From positions 1-59,977 of the forward strand of contig JBLYYN010000146.1 of assembly GCA_048550535.1 (NCBI GenBank): 59,977 nt of DNA, read 5' to 3'. The position numbers were made by a program, and so were the translations under genes. The first letter of the stretch is position 1. Each line of letters begins with the position of its first letter. A model generated the notes under the pieces. It made no database searches and was not told where the DNA came from. It saw only the letters and a list, made by a program, of their open reading frames with translations. Below, one piece after another: positions 1 to 8,852 of this stretch. This stretch comes from Gammaproteobacteria bacterium. Its GTDB lineage: Bacteria > Pseudomonadota > Gammaproteobacteria > SZUA-229.

Positions 1-142
1 AGAACACTCTGATTCAATCGTTAATATTTTTTTATCTTATTTCTAAGCATGTGTTTAATAACATGCGATTGATTATCATTAAACCAGCTACTTATGATTG
101 TTTTTAACAATTCCTGTTTTTTATTAGTTGAGCTAATTCCGG

Positions 143-785
143 CATTGGTTTCGCCCAGCTGGGCGAGTTCATTTCTTTTCTCGTGAAAAGAAACCGAACC
201 AAAGAAACACGCCCCAACTCACAAGCCCTTCATAATGAACATGAAGGGTGCCCTCGTCGTCACATGCTGAATATGCCTGCTGCGCAACTCCTCGCAAACA
301 ACGCTCGTCAGACATGCTCGCAGATTAAATTGCCAGGAGCAATTTAAAACATAATCATGTCTTTTATGATTATGGCCCATAGGGTGGAGGGCAGGACGCC
401 CGTAATAGAGCCTGCACATTAACCATGCGCTCCTCGGCTTGATCAATGGGGATTAAAAAAGAGAAAACCTAAACCCCGTGCTTTTGACTATCCCCTTTGG
501 AGTAAGCTGAGGAGAGAGTGATTTATGAGGAGTTGTCTGCGAGGATGTTTGAGCGAATTACGTTTTGTGTGATTCGTGAGTTCCGCAGCAGCCTCATAAA
601 TCGCGAGTGACGAAGGCACCGCTATGCGCTTTTTGCATAGTGGCTTGCGACCCGGGGCGGCATTTTCTTGGTTATCTTCTTTGTTGCTGGAGACAAAGAA
701 GTGACTCGCCAGCGGGCGAAAAAAATGTAAAAAAATAGCACTTAAACTAAATAATACCGCAAGCCAGCAGGGCGAAACCCATGCC
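143..785 (-). mobile_element. MITE-like non-autonomous repeat, family 1, copy A (inverted relative to copies B and C)
   Basis: The left end cattggtttcgcccagctgggcgagtt (from 143) is the reverse complement of gtgactcgccagcgggcgaa (701-720). A second, outer end gcaagccagcagggcgaaaccca lies at about 760-783. Positions 488-785 are the reverse complement of 6605-6900 and of about 22986-23225 with few mismatches. Confidence 0.6.
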
Positions 786-814
786 CAAAAAAGCACCCTA
801 ATATACACATCCAG

Positions 815-2557
815 CTACGGCTTATAACGCTTAATCGTATTCAACAAAATCGAATGCTGGTTATTCACATTTAGCCCTCGCTGCCATATTTTTTGCGCTT
901 CCTTATGCTCGCCGCTAACCCACAGCACCTCACCCAGGTGAGCTGCGATTTCGGCATCTTCCAGCAGAGTAAAGGCTTTACGCAGCCACTTGATGGCGGT
1001 CTGGTATTCACCCAGGCGGAAATAAACCCAGCCCAGGCTATCCAGTATGGCCGGATCATCGGGTAATAACTCGGCGGCTTTGAGGATGTACTTTTTGGCC
1101 TCTTCATAGCGCTGGGTACGGTCCGCCAGGGTATACCCCAGGGCGTTGAGGGCATTGGCATTGTCCGGCTCGTTGCTCAGCACCTTGCGCAAATCAGCCT
1201 CGGTACGCTCCAGCATATTGAGTTTTTCTGCGGTCAATGCCCGGGCATAGAGCAGCTCGGTATTCTCCGGGGCCTGCTTAAGGGCGCGATTGTATATATC
1301 CATGGCGTCGTTCTGCCGGTTGGCATTGCGTAATACATCACCCTGGGCCAGGTATATCTGGATCTGCTGCTGGGCGCTCTTCACCATACCCAGCAGGGCC
1401 TGCAGTTTGTCCAGCCCGGCATCCACCTTACCCATTGCAGCCAACAGGCTGGCGACTCGTATACTCGCATCCAGCACGAATTCACCACCACTCACCTGCT
1501 CATACAGTTTTATGGCTTCGGCCACATCACCGTCACTCTGCCGAATTCGGCCCAGGTAATAAAATACCTGTGGGTTTTTGCTACCCTGATCAACGATTTG
1601 CTGCAAATACTTGATGGCTTCGAGCTTGTTATCGGTTTCAATCGCCAGCAAGCCAAGACTGAGCAGGATACTTTCGTTATTCGGCTGCTCCTGGTTAATT
1701 TTTTTGAATTCTTCCTCGGCCAGATCAAACTGTCTAATCTGGATGAGCATTCGTGCATAACGCAGGCGTAGGCGATAATCATCGGGGCGCCTGTCTATCG
1801 CCAGCGCCAGCGCTTCAGCAGCCTGTTGAGGCTTGCCCAGACCGATAAGAATTTGCGCCTTGATCTGGTAGGCATCGGCCAGATCTGGCTCCAGCACCAG
1901 CACCTGGTCCATTAATACCAGTGCCGCTTCATAATTCTTCAGATTGGCCTCATAGCCTGCCTGAATCATCAGTAAGCGTGGCTGTTGTGGGTATTGCCGA
2001 TTAAGCTGTTTTAGAATTTCCAGTGCGGTTTCCGGGCTGGCTTCCCTGGATAATATATGCCCCAGAGACACTACCGCCATCTCATCCAGCTGACCTTCCT
2101 GCAGCAGCAGCTTGTCGATTTCCACCAGGGAGGCCTTAACATTATCCTTATGCAGGTAAGCCAGCAGTTTCAACCTCGCCAGCTCAAGCTCATCAGCCCC
2201 CAGCCCCTGCCAGCGATCAGCCATACTCAGCACATCATCATAACGCCCGGCAAAAAGAGCAATATGGGCTGCACGACGCATCACGCCCGAATCGTTGGTC
2301 TGTCTGGCTGCCCGTTTGTAATAATCCACGGCGGCATCGAGTTGCCCACGGACGCCGGCAAATTCGCCCGCCAGCAAAGAAAACAGCACATCTTCTTCCA
2401 GGCTCGGAGCCTTCTGGGCAATATCATCACCCTTCACCGACTCCAGTTTTGTAGACGTGCTACAGCCTGCCATAACAGCCAGCACCAGCATTACAGCCGA
2501 TAGTCGCAGAATATTTTGGACGGGTTTCAGCCGTTTCACCACTTTATAAAACTCCAA
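815..2557 (-). CDS. Tetratricopeptide-repeat lipoprotein
   Basis: 580-aa ORF with a signal peptide ending in the lipobox-like VMAGC. TPR-like helical repeats run throughout. The longest ORF starts at TTG. An internal GTG at about 2542, preceded by GGAG, may be the real start. Confidence 0.8.
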   Translation of the reverse strand: MEFYKVVKRLKPVQNILRLSAVMLVLAVMAGCSTSTKLESVKGDDIAQKAPSLEEDVLFSLLAGEFAGVRGQLDAAVDYYKRAARQTNDSGVMRRAAHIALFAGRYDDVLSMADRWQGLGADELELARLKLLAYLHKDNVKASLVEIDKLLLQEGQLDEMAVVSLGHILSREASPETALEILKQLNRQYPQQPRLLMIQAGYEANLKNYEAALVLMDQVLVLEPDLADAYQIKAQILIGLGKPQQAAEALALAIDRRPDDYRLRLRYARMLIQIRQFDLAEEEFKKINQEQPNNESILLSLGLLAIETDNKLEAIKYLQQIVDQGSKNPQVFYYLGRIRQSDGDVAEAIKLYEQVSGGEFVLDASIRVASLLAAMGKVDAGLDKLQALLGMVKSAQQQIQIYLAQGDVLRNANRQNDAMDIYNRALKQAPENTELLYARALTAEKLNMLERTEADLRKVLSNEPDNANALNALGYTLADRTQRYEEAKKYILKAAELLPDDPAILDSLGWVYFRLGEYQTAIKWLRKAFTLLEDAEIAAHLGEVLWVSGEHKEAQKIWQRGLNVNNQHSILLNTIKRYKP

Positions 2558-2762
2558 ATTAACGGCTCACTTTAATTGAATATAAACTAATTTATGCTGA
2601 ATTCCGTGAAAAATCATCATTTATCACTTTCATTTTTGACCCCATAAAGGTCAGAATATTCGGTTGTGCTTGTATTAAATCAGGCTATGGCTCAAAATTT
2701 GCTGTTTTCCAGCTCGTTTACGTGAATCACCTGGGTGGCTGAGGCCCCCATGAAACCGGCAT

Positions 2763-4055
2763 ATGTCACTGATAACCCTAGGCCTTAACCATAAAACCAC
2801 CCCGGTAGAGATGCGAGAAAAACTCGCGTTTACCCCGGAAACTCTGCCAGAAGCGGTGGCCTCACTGATTAAGCTGGAAAATATTTCGGAAGTGGCCATC
2901 CTGTCCACCTGTAATCGCACCGAACTCTATTGCATATCCACTTCCAACGAAGATAATACTAATGACCAGGCGCTGGTGGAATGGTTCAGCAATTTCCATG
3001 GCCTGGCCAGCGCTGATATCAACGGTCACCTGTATATACATAAACACGAAGACACCATACGCCACGCTCTGCGGGTGGCCTCAGGCCTGGATTCCATGGT
3101 ACTGGGCGAACCACAAATCCTGGGACAAATGAAACAGGCCTATGCCCAGGCCAAAACCCTGGGGACCATGGGCACCATGCTGGACAAGCTGTTCCAGCAC
3201 GCTTTTTCGGTAGCCAAACAGGTGCGCACCGACACCGAAATTGGTTCCAGTCCGGTGTCCGTTGCCTTTGCTGCGGTCAGCCTGTCGAAGCAGATTTTCG
3301 GTGATCTCGACCAGCTCACCGCGCTGATGATCGGCGCCGGGGAAACCATCGAGCTGGCCACCCGCCATCTGCATGCCAATAACATCCAGCATGTGATCAT
3401 TGCCAACCGCAGCATCGACCGGGCCCAGACCCTGGCTGAGCAATTTGGCGGTGAAGCCATACCCCTGCCCCAGATTCCGGAATTTTTACCCAAAGCCGAT
3501 ATTGTTATTTCGTCCACCGCCAGCCCTCTGCCCATACTGGGCAAGGGTGCGGTGGAAGACGCCCTGAAAAAGCGCAAACACAAACCAATTTTTATGGTGG
3601 ATATCGCCGTACCCAGGGATGTGGAGGAGCAAGTCTCCGAGCTGGATGATGTGTATCTGTACACAGTGGATGATTTACAGGAAATTATTCAGGAAAACCT
3701 GGAATCCCGTCAGCAGGCTGCAGAACAGGCCGCTGAAATCATCGACATCCAGGTGGAACATTTCCTCAACTGGCAACGCTCCCTGGAGGCAGTGGATATT
3801 ATCCGCGACATGCGAGAATACGCCGAAGCCATTAGCCACGAAGTCCTGGCCAAAGCCCTGAAACAACTGGCCCAGGGTAAACCGGCGGAAGAAGTACTGA
3901 ACTTCCTGGCCCACACCCTCACCAATAAGTTTTTACACACACCCAGCACCCAGCTACGTCAGGCCGGGCAGGACAGCCGACATGAGCTGATCGAGAATGC
4001 TCGCTGCCTGCTGTTGGGCCAGGAACCCATCACTCCACCGTCGGATAAAAAATAA
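2763..4055 (+). CDS. hemA: Glutamyl-tRNA reductase
   Basis: 430 aa. N-terminus MSLITLGLNHKTTPVEMREK, active-site region STCNRTELY and NADPH-binding MIGAGETIE. It lies directly upstream of prfA, the usual gammaproteobacterial arrangement. Confidence 0.95.
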   Translation: MSLITLGLNHKTTPVEMREKLAFTPETLPEAVASLIKLENISEVAILSTCNRTELYCISTSNEDNTNDQALVEWFSNFHGLASADINGHLYIHKHEDTIRHALRVASGLDSMVLGEPQILGQMKQAYAQAKTLGTMGTMLDKLFQHAFSVAKQVRTDTEIGSSPVSVAFAAVSLSKQIFGDLDQLTALMIGAGETIELATRHLHANNIQHVIIANRSIDRAQTLAEQFGGEAIPLPQIPEFLPKADIVISSTASPLPILGKGAVEDALKKRKHKPIFMVDIAVPRDVEEQVSELDDVYLYTVDDLQEIIQENLESRQQAAEQAAEIIDIQVEHFLNWQRSLEAVDIIRDMREYAEAISHEVLAKALKQLAQGKPAEEVLNFLAHTLTNKFLHTPSTQLRQAGQDSRHELIENARCLLLGQEPITPPSDKK

Positions 4056-4067
4056 GCCATCAACTGT

Positions 4068-5153
4068 ATGAAAGAATCCATTCGCACCAAACTGGAAAAC
4101 CTCACAGAACGCTACCAGGAAGTCGGCGCTCTGCTGGGCGACCCTGATGTCATCGGCAACCAGAACCAGTTCCGCGAACTGTCCAAAGAATACGCCCAAC
4201 TGGAACCGGTGATCAGGGCCTTTGGCAGCTATCAGACGGCGGCGGCGGATTTGCAAACCGCCACTGAAATGCTGGGCGAAAGCGACCCGGAACTGCGGGA
4301 AATGGGCCAGGATGAACAGAAAGATGCCCAGCAACGCATGGGAATTCTGGAGCTGGAACTGCAAAAACTACTGTTACCCAAAGACCCCCACGACAACAGC
4401 AATATTTTCCTCGAAGTCCGAGCCGGCACCGGCGGAGACGAGGCGGCGATTTTTGCCGGTGACCTGTTTCGTATGTATAGCCGCTATGCGGAGAATCAGG
4501 GCTGGCAGGTGGAAGTACTCAGTGAAAACCTCGGCGAACACGGCGGTTACAAGGAAATTATTGCCCGACTGGTCGGTACTGGCGCCTATTCCAAACTCAA
4601 ATTCGAATCCGGTGCCCATCGAGTACAACGGGTACCGGAAACCGAATCCCAGGGCCGGGTACACACCTCCGCGGCCACCGTGGCGATTATCCCGGAGCCC
4701 AGCGAAACCGAGGCCATTACCATTAACACATCCGATCTACGGGTGGACACCTACCGCGCCTCCGGTGCCGGCGGTCAGCATGTCAACAAAACCGACTCGG
4801 CGGTACGCCTCACCCATTTGCCCACCGGCACCGTGGTGGAATGTCAGGATGAACGCTCACAGCATAAGAACAAGGCCCGCGCCATGTCTCTGCTGCAAGC
4901 CCGGCTGGTGGATGCCGAGCAGGAAAAACAGCGGGCCGAGCAGGCACAGACCCGTAAGTCCCTGGTGGGCAGCGGAGACCGCTCGGAACGTATCCGGACT
5001 TATAATTTTCCCCAGGGCCGCATCACCGACCATCGCATCAACCTCACCCTGTATAAACTGGATGAGTTCATGCAGGGTGAGCTGAACCAGGTGGTGGAAC
5101 CCTTAATCAACGAATACCAGGCTGAACAGCTGGCCGCCCTGTCCGAGCAGTGA
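4068..5153 (+). CDS. prfA: Peptide chain release factor 1
   Basis: 361 aa. GGQ motif in [19 protein letters not shown] and PxT recognition loop [14 protein letters not shown]. Confidence 0.97.
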   Translation: MKESIRTKLENLTERYQEVGALLGDPDVIGNQNQFRELSKEYAQLEPVIRAFGSYQTAAADLQTATEMLGESDPELREMGQDEQKDAQQRMGILELELQKLLLPKDPHDNSNIFLEVRAGTGGDEAAIFAGDLFRMYSRYAENQGWQVEVLSENLGEHGGYKEIIARLVGTGAYSKLKFESGAHRVQRVPETESQGRVHTSAATVAIIPEPSETEAITINTSDLRVDTYRASGAGGQHVNKTDSAVRLTHLPTGTVVECQDERSQHKNKARAMSLLQARLVDAEQEKQRAEQAQTRKSLVGSGDRSERIRTYNFPQGRITDHRINLTLYKLDEFMQGELNQVVEPLINEYQAEQLAALSEQ

Positions 5154-5986
5154 ACATCCGAGACCTGCTTAAGCAGGCCACTCGGCAACTGAACACCCAT
5201 TCAGACAGTGCACGACTAGATGCCGAAGTGCTGCTGTGTTATGTGCTGCAAAAGAACCGCGCCTATTTACTGACCTGGCCCGAGCAGGAATTGACGGACA
5301 GCCAGCTTGGGCAGTTTCAGCAATTGTGTGATGCTCGAGTCACCGGCCAACCTGTGGCCCATCTCACCGAGGAGCGAGAATTCTGGTCACTGCCCCTGAA
5401 AGTGACTGCAGACACCCTGATTCCACGACCGGACACGGAATTATTAGTTGAACAAATTCTTCAGGTCTGCCCGGAACAGGCTGAGCTGAAGCTGCTCGAT
5501 CTGGGCACCGGCAGCGGGGCCATAGCCATTGCACTGGCCACGGAGCACCCGGGCTGGAAAATTATCGCCACCGATTTTTCTGAACCCGCCTTAAAGGTAG
5601 CGCAACAGAATGCCCAGCGCCTGAAGCTAAGCAATATTGAATTTCGCCAGGGCAACTGGTTCGAGCCATTGAGCGGCTTAAGTTTTGACATCATCGTCAG
5701 CAACCCGCCCTATATACCCAGCAACGACCCTCACCTGACACAGGGCGATGTGCGATTTGAGCCACTTAGTGCACTGGTATCCGGGGCCGAAGGCCTGGAC
5801 GATATCGAAACAATCTGCCAGCAGGCCAGTGATTACCTGAACCCAGGTGGCCTGTTGATAGTTGAACACGGCTACGACCAGGCTGAAAAAATCCGGCCTA
5901 TTTTCCAGAAAAATGGCTTTACAAATATCAACCAGGGTAGAGATATTGCACACAACCCTCGCATCACCTACGGCTATAAAATCTGA
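5150..5986 (+). CDS. prmC: Release factor glutamine N5-methyltransferase
   Basis: 278 aa. SAM-binding [11 protein letters not shown] and catalytic NPPY (VSNPPYIP). Its GTG start overlaps the prfA stop (GTGA). Confidence 0.93.
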   Translation: MNIRDLLKQATRQLNTHSDSARLDAEVLLCYVLQKNRAYLLTWPEQELTDSQLGQFQQLCDARVTGQPVAHLTEEREFWSLPLKVTADTLIPRPDTELLVEQILQVCPEQAELKLLDLGTGSGAIAIALATEHPGWKIIATDFSEPALKVAQQNAQRLKLSNIEFRQGNWFEPLSGLSFDIIVSNPPYIPSNDPHLTQGDVRFEPLSALVSGAEGLDDIETICQQASDYLNPGGLLIVEHGYDQAEKIRPIFQKNGFTNINQGRDIAHNPRITYGYKI

Positions 5987-6101
5987 AATTTCAACAAGTT
6001 AAGAAGCTATCACCCTCCAGACAGCCGGAAAAATATCCCAGATTTGAATAAACCACAATTTTTCCTTGTAATTTTTTGACATTTATCATATTTTCTTAGC
6101 T

Positions 6102-6503
6102 ATGAACCAGAACGACCTGATCAAACGCCGAGAAATACGCTTCTGCCGCCTGCATCCCGACCCGGAACAGGCCCGCAGTGCCTTACTGTTATTGAGTGAT
6201 GCCGACGGCATTATTGATACCCAGTATGTGGATGAACTCAGCCTCCTGGTCAGTTACGATCTGCGCAGTCTCACCCTGCAGGCCATTGAAGAAGTGCTGG
6301 CGACCCTGGGCTACCATCTGGATGGCAGCCTGATTACCCGCATGAAACGCGCACTCTATGCCTATTCGGAAGAAACCCAGCGCGCCAACATGGAATCTGC
6401 AGTGGAAACCGACAACACCACCACGGTGTTCATCAAGCGTTACACCAACAATTACCACGGCTGCCGCGACACCCGCCCCGTTCATTGGCGTAAATACCTG
6501 TAG
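6102..6503 (+). CDS. Hypothetical protein (133 aa), family not recognised
   Basis: Clean ORF with coding-like composition. No alternative ORF of comparable length covers the interval apart from its own antisense shadow. I recognised no motif. Confidence 0.55.
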   Translation: MNQNDLIKRREIRFCRLHPDPEQARSALLLLSDADGIIDTQYVDELSLLVSYDLRSLTLQAIEEVLATLGYHLDGSLITRMKRALYAYSEETQRANMESAVETDNTTTVFIKRYTNNYHGCRDTRPVHWRKYL

Positions 6504-6604
6504 GTTTCCTTCGGAAATTTACTTTTAATAGACGTAAGTCTGGATAAAATTCGACTGTTGTTTTTCCATGGTTGCTGCTTTTTGGTTAGTAGAGTGTGTA
6601 TTGG

Positions 6605-7276
6605 GCAGTGGTTTCACCTCGCTGGCTTGCGGTATTATTTAGTTTAAGTGCCATTTTTTTACATTCTTTTCGCCCGCTGGCGAGTCACTTCTTTATCTGC
6701 AGCAATAAAGAAGTAACCAAGAAAATGCCGCCCCGGGTCGTAAGCCACTATGCAAAAAGCGCATAGCGGTGCCTTCGTCACTCATGATTTATGAGGCTGC
6801 TGCGGAACTCACGAATTACATAGAGCGTAATTCGCTCAGACATCCTCGCAGACAACCCCTCATAAATCACTCCCTCCTCAGCTTACTCCAGAGGGGTTCT
6901 TGCGTGTGAATGCCTACATGGACGTAGGTAATTAGAGTAACGCAGGAGCAGTTGCCGAGATGACACGCAAATAGGCAGCGCAAAGCGCACAGGTTTTCTT
7001 GTATTTTTACGCATTAAATCCCCTTTGCAGTTTACTGGGAATTGTTGATCTATAGGGTAAATCCGCCAGGGATGGTGGATTTAGTTTTGTTGAGCAGGGA
7101 TGCGAATCAAAACGACCCGACAAAGAAACTATATAAGGTAATTCTTGGGAAAAACTAAATAAGCAGTAGTTAACAATACCCAGGTACCCGCAGGGTAAAC
7201 TGCCTTGGGGCGGCTTTTTTTGGTTACTTTTTTCAGCTGCTGGAAAAAAGTAACTCGCCAGCGGGCGAAACCCATG
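6605..7276 (+). mobile_element. MITE-like repeat, family 1, copy B (composite, carries an extra internal module)
   Basis: The inner left end cattcttttcgcccgctggcgagtcac (6662-) and right end gtaactcgccagcgggcgaaacccatg (-7276) are inverted repeats. An outer left end cagtggtttcacctcgctggcttgc starts at 6607. Positions 7020-7276 match 23262-23517 with about 7 mismatches by eye. Confidence 0.6.
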
Positions 7277-7422
7277 CTTAAAATTACTACAAAATCACAA
7301 TTAGCATACAAATCAGAAATACCACAAGATCAATTCTTACGTTTTGTCTTTTCGTTAACAGGAGCTAATACCGCCAGCCAAATTACTATTATCCCAAACA
7401 AAAAAACTGTTAACATCTCTGA

Positions 7423-8178
7423 ATGAACGATGAACAGTTGCTGCGTTACAGCCGACAAATTCGGTTACCCCAGTTCGGTATCCAGGGTCAGCAGAAATTA
7501 CTCGATGCCCATGTCCTGATCATCGGTCTCGGTGGCCTGGGATCGCCGGTAGCCATGTACCTGGCGGCGGCGGGCATAGGTGAACTGACCCTGGTGGACT
7601 ATGACCGGGTCGAACTCTCCAACCTGCAACGACAAATCCTGCACCGCACCGAGAATATACAGCAAAACAAAGTGGACTCAGCCCGGACTAACCTGCTGGC
7701 GCTGAATCCGGATGTCAGCATCCACACCGTCAATCACCAGCTGGATGAACAGGAACTGGCGCAGCAAATTAGCCAGGTGGATCTGGTCATAGATGCCACC
7801 GATAACTTCGATACTCGATTTAGCATCAACCGGTCCTGCGTGAAATTTCGCAAGCCCCTGGTGTCCGGTGCGGCGATTCGAATGGAAGGCCAGGTCAGTG
7901 TATTCGACCTGCGCCAGGCGGACAGCCCCTGCTATCGCTGCCTGTATTCCGATCAGGGGGAACTGCAGGAAAGCTGTAGTGAAAATGGTGTACTGGCCCC
8001 CATGGTAGGCATCATTGGCAGCATACAGGCCATGGAAGCACTGAAACTTCTATCCGGCGTAGGCACCCCCTTAACCGGTCAGCTACTCATTAACGACAGC
8101 TTTCACCAGGAATGGCGAAACATGAAACTACGCAAGGACCCGGAATGTCCAGCCTGCGGCCAAAAGTCAACAGCATGA
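7423..8178 (+). CDS. moeB: Molybdopterin-synthase adenylyltransferase, MoeB/ThiF E1-like family
   Basis: 251 aa. LLRYSRQIRLPQFGIQGQQKL followed by the nucleotide-binding loop IIGLGGLGSP. Two CxxC pairs (CYRC, CPAC). No rhodanese domain. Confidence 0.88.
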   Translation: MNDEQLLRYSRQIRLPQFGIQGQQKLLDAHVLIIGLGGLGSPVAMYLAAAGIGELTLVDYDRVELSNLQRQILHRTENIQQNKVDSARTNLLALNPDVSIHTVNHQLDEQELAQQISQVDLVIDATDNFDTRFSINRSCVKFRKPLVSGAAIRMEGQVSVFDLRQADSPCYRCLYSDQGELQESCSENGVLAPMVGIIGSIQAMEALKLLSGVGTPLTGQLLINDSFHQEWRNMKLRKDPECPACGQKSTA

Positions 8179-8582
8179 ACACCATCAGCATACCCCGAAC
8201 CCTGGCCAATCAGATCCTCAGCCAGGCTCAGCAACACCCTGGCACGGAAGCCTGTGGTCTGGTCAGTGCCCATAATGGACAGCCCAAGCAGATATATCCG
8301 GTGCACAATGTGGCCAAAGACCCACAACACCTGTTCGAAATGGATCCGGCCATTCTGATCAATAGCATTAAGGATATGCGCAATCAGGGTAATGAACTGT
8401 TCGCCATTTATCACTCACACCCGGATACGCCAGCCCAACCTTCGGCCACCGACCTGGCCCAGGCCAATTACCCTGACACCCTGTATCTGATTGTATCCCT
8501 CAACACCAAAGGGGTACTGGAAATGCGTGGCTTCTATTTACGCCAGCAACATATCGAAGACGTGGAACTGGTGATCGTATAA
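8175..8582 (+). CDS. JAB/MPN (Mov34) family metalloprotease, Mec-like
   Basis: JAMM motif: upstream Glu in TEACGLV, then IYHSHPDTPAQPSATD. The start ATG at 8175 overlaps the moeB stop (ATGA). The longer ORF from 8112 would overlap moeB by 67 nt, so I judge it unlikely. Confidence 0.8.
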   Translation: MNTISIPRTLANQILSQAQQHPGTEACGLVSAHNGQPKQIYPVHNVAKDPQHLFEMDPAILINSIKDMRNQGNELFAIYHSHPDTPAQPSATDLAQANYPDTLYLIVSLNTKGVLEMRGFYLRQQHIEDVELVIV

Positions 8583-8852
8583 ACAGGCACCACAGGGGTG
8601 TTGGGAAATATGCTGGATTTGCGTACTTTGATGCTGCCCCATGGTATCAAGCAGCTTTGCCTGAATCGTGCTCATGGGCCTTGTAACCCCGATATGACCA
8701 GCCCAACCTGATCGATGGGTTTAAATTCGATCTATCCACCACCATATAAGCTGTAATCGACTGTTGAATTTGTTAGCCAAAAGGGAATTCTTTGTAGTAA
8801 TCTGGTCTAAAATCACTCAATTACATCGGCAAAAATACAAGTTATTGTTTTT

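Noticed and set aside
488-808. 106-aa ORF, and related ORFs at 219-446, 7129-7311, 7205-7426, 23094-23399 and 23370-23570, lying inside the family-1 repeats
   Set aside because: They are conserved as nucleotide repeats in both orientations. They cross inverted-repeat termini and hairpins, and their frames are not preserved between copies. They are best explained as artefacts of the repeat, not genes.
4222-5085. Long alternative-frame and antisense ORFs inside well-supported genes: 4222-5085 in prfA, 9681-10403 in prc, 14780-15397 in rnd, 17018-17536 over the S24 gene, 3140-3664 in hemA, 36938-37468 in yeaH and 52201-52542 in purT
   Set aside because: Each overlaps a gene with unmistakable family motifs. 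Their translations are low-complexity (Arg/Pro/Ser/Ala-rich) shadow ORFs.
8583-8852. Possible murI remnant or small gene between the JAB gene and prc
   Set aside because: Translations in all frames give only short, featureless peptides, with nothing resembling glutamate racemase.
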